Below, piece by piece: positions 62,850-64,000 of a DNA stretch of 64,000 bases. Positions within the stretch are counted from its first letter, which is position 1, and each line of letters begins with the position of its first letter. Location: assembly GCA_008632985.1 (NCBI GenBank), contig QPGO01000031.1, forward strand, positions 1-64,000, given 5' to 3'. Under the pieces are notes generated by a model. That model was not told where the DNA came from. It searched no databases and saw nothing but the letters and a program-made list of their open reading frames with translations. The position numbers were made by a program, and so were the translations under genes. This DNA is from Psammoneis japonica. Taxonomy: Eukaryota.

Positions 62850-63956
62850 TCATGTTTTTCTTGGGCGAAGGCACTCTGGACGGCACCGCGACTTCGTCAT
62901 TTTGATATCTTCCTGCAGCCCAAGTCCTGCGGCCAATAGGTACAGCCAATGGCTCAACAGCATGCAGTTAGCCGCAAGCGCTGCTGTCCAATGATTCCTA
63001 AACAAACTCTCTAGATTGGAAAACACAATCCACTCAAACCAGACCTCCAGGGTGACCTCCAGCGCAGTGTAGAGGACTGCACTGACGTACTTGAGAAGAA
63101 CGAACCAATGCTGCATCAGCAAAACAAGAATAGGACTGATGACTGACTTTGTCGGCAACACGGTATCGGTAAGCAGCATTACAATCAGTAACGAGGCTGC
63201 ACTATGATGCACTACCGTCCCTGCTCCATTCAAGAAATCCGTGAATCTGTGCAGTCGTGAGTACGTTCCGCTCCTATACAAGGCAAAATACACGTACATT
63301 ATGGTTTCTGGAAAGCCAAACTTCCACAGACCAAGAACAAGAAAAATGAGAGCAGTGTAGTTCCCCCAAACAGCCAACCCCAAAGTTGTAGCTGCAAGAA
63401 CGGGGAAAAGAAATTGAGCGAACCGCCATCGCACCTCCAATTTCGTTGTCCAGCCATCAACGAGAACACTCAATAATACAAGCAACTCCAGGCCGAGACC
63501 TGCCAAAAGAACTGTTACCCATAAAATGAATCCAACGTAGACGTAAAAAGTCTCATCACTGAGCCTGGTGACCGGGTTTGTAGATGCACCCCACCAACTC
63601 TTCGAGTGACAATTCTCGTCACACAGATCATAAAGCAATTTTTCTACAGCGTCCCGTGATGGGTCAGCAAGAGTCGATAGGCTGTGGTAGTTTGCTTTAC
63701 CCAGAGTCGCAGCCAGCTTGGGTAGCGGCAATGCTGTATCATAGAAGAGTCTCATAGCTTCGGTTTCATCAACTGTCAGTCCACTCAAAAGTGGCCGATG
63801 GATTTGCATCAGCGATAACGCGAAAGACACCAGGTGAGAAGCAACGAAGCCTTCCCCATTATTAGACACCGCAGAACACGACACTGGTGAAACGAGAAGT
63901 TGCTGAAGATATCGTGGTGGAGCAGAAGAGGTGACGAATGCCAAATTCCATGCCAT
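62850..63956 (-). CDS. Multi-pass membrane protein of unknown function (may extend beyond the window)
   Basis: 368-aa ORF with several hydrophobic segments. Confidence 0.6.
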   Translation of the reverse strand: MAWNLAFVTSSAPPRYLQQLLVSPVSCSAVSNNGEGFVASHLVSFALSLMQIHRPLLSGLTVDETEAMRLFYDTALPLPKLAATLGKANYHSLSTLADPSRDAVEKLLYDLCDENCHSKSWWGASTNPVTRLSDETFYVYVGFILWVTVLLAGLGLELLVLLSVLVDGWTTKLEVRWRFAQFLFPVLAATTLGLAVWGNYTALIFLVLGLWKFGFPETIMYVYFALYRSGTYSRLHRFTDFLNGAGTVVHHSAASLLIVMLLTDTVLPTKSVISPILVLLMQHWFVLLKYVSAVLYTALEVTLEVWFEWIVFSNLESLFRNHWTAALAANCMLLSHWLYLLAAGLGLQEDIKMTKSRCRPECLRPRKT

Positions 63957-64000
63957 GTAATTCTGCGCCCAGTCCTCTCCAAGTGCCCAATATACCTTGT

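Overview
Eukaryotic genomic DNA, most likely a diatom (inferred from short GT-AG introns, compact genes, PS/PT-repeat proteins and diatom-type transposons). Host genes lie at about 1.9-14.2 kb (a giant secreted PAN/apple plus ricin-lectin protein) and 40.9-64 kb (PspA/IM30, LRR protein, MYND/TPR protein, casein kinase I, PS-repeat/PDZ membrane protein, MUS81-like nuclease, three alpha/beta hydrolases). Between them is a ~26-kb transposon nest. I could resolve five nested elements by their termini and target-site duplications: a 10.9-kb Plavaka-like element, two CAC-terminated elements sharing one 9-bp target, a TRIM with a tRNA-like interior, and a complete Ty3/Gypsy. They lie in or beside a PIF/Harbinger-ISL2EU-like element with an XPG/Exo1-SAP-SWIM gene, whose outer ends I could not fix. 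The main signal is that the repetitive DNA has lost almost all TpA dinucleotides, converted to TpG/CpA (A-to-G at TpA on both strands). Conserved Tyr becomes His/Cys, paired repeats differ mainly at these sites, and host genes plus a 1.2-kb island inside the Gypsy are spared. This looks like a RIP-like, repeat-targeted adenine hypermutation process of opposite polarity to fungal RIP; its mechanism cannot be read from the sequence.
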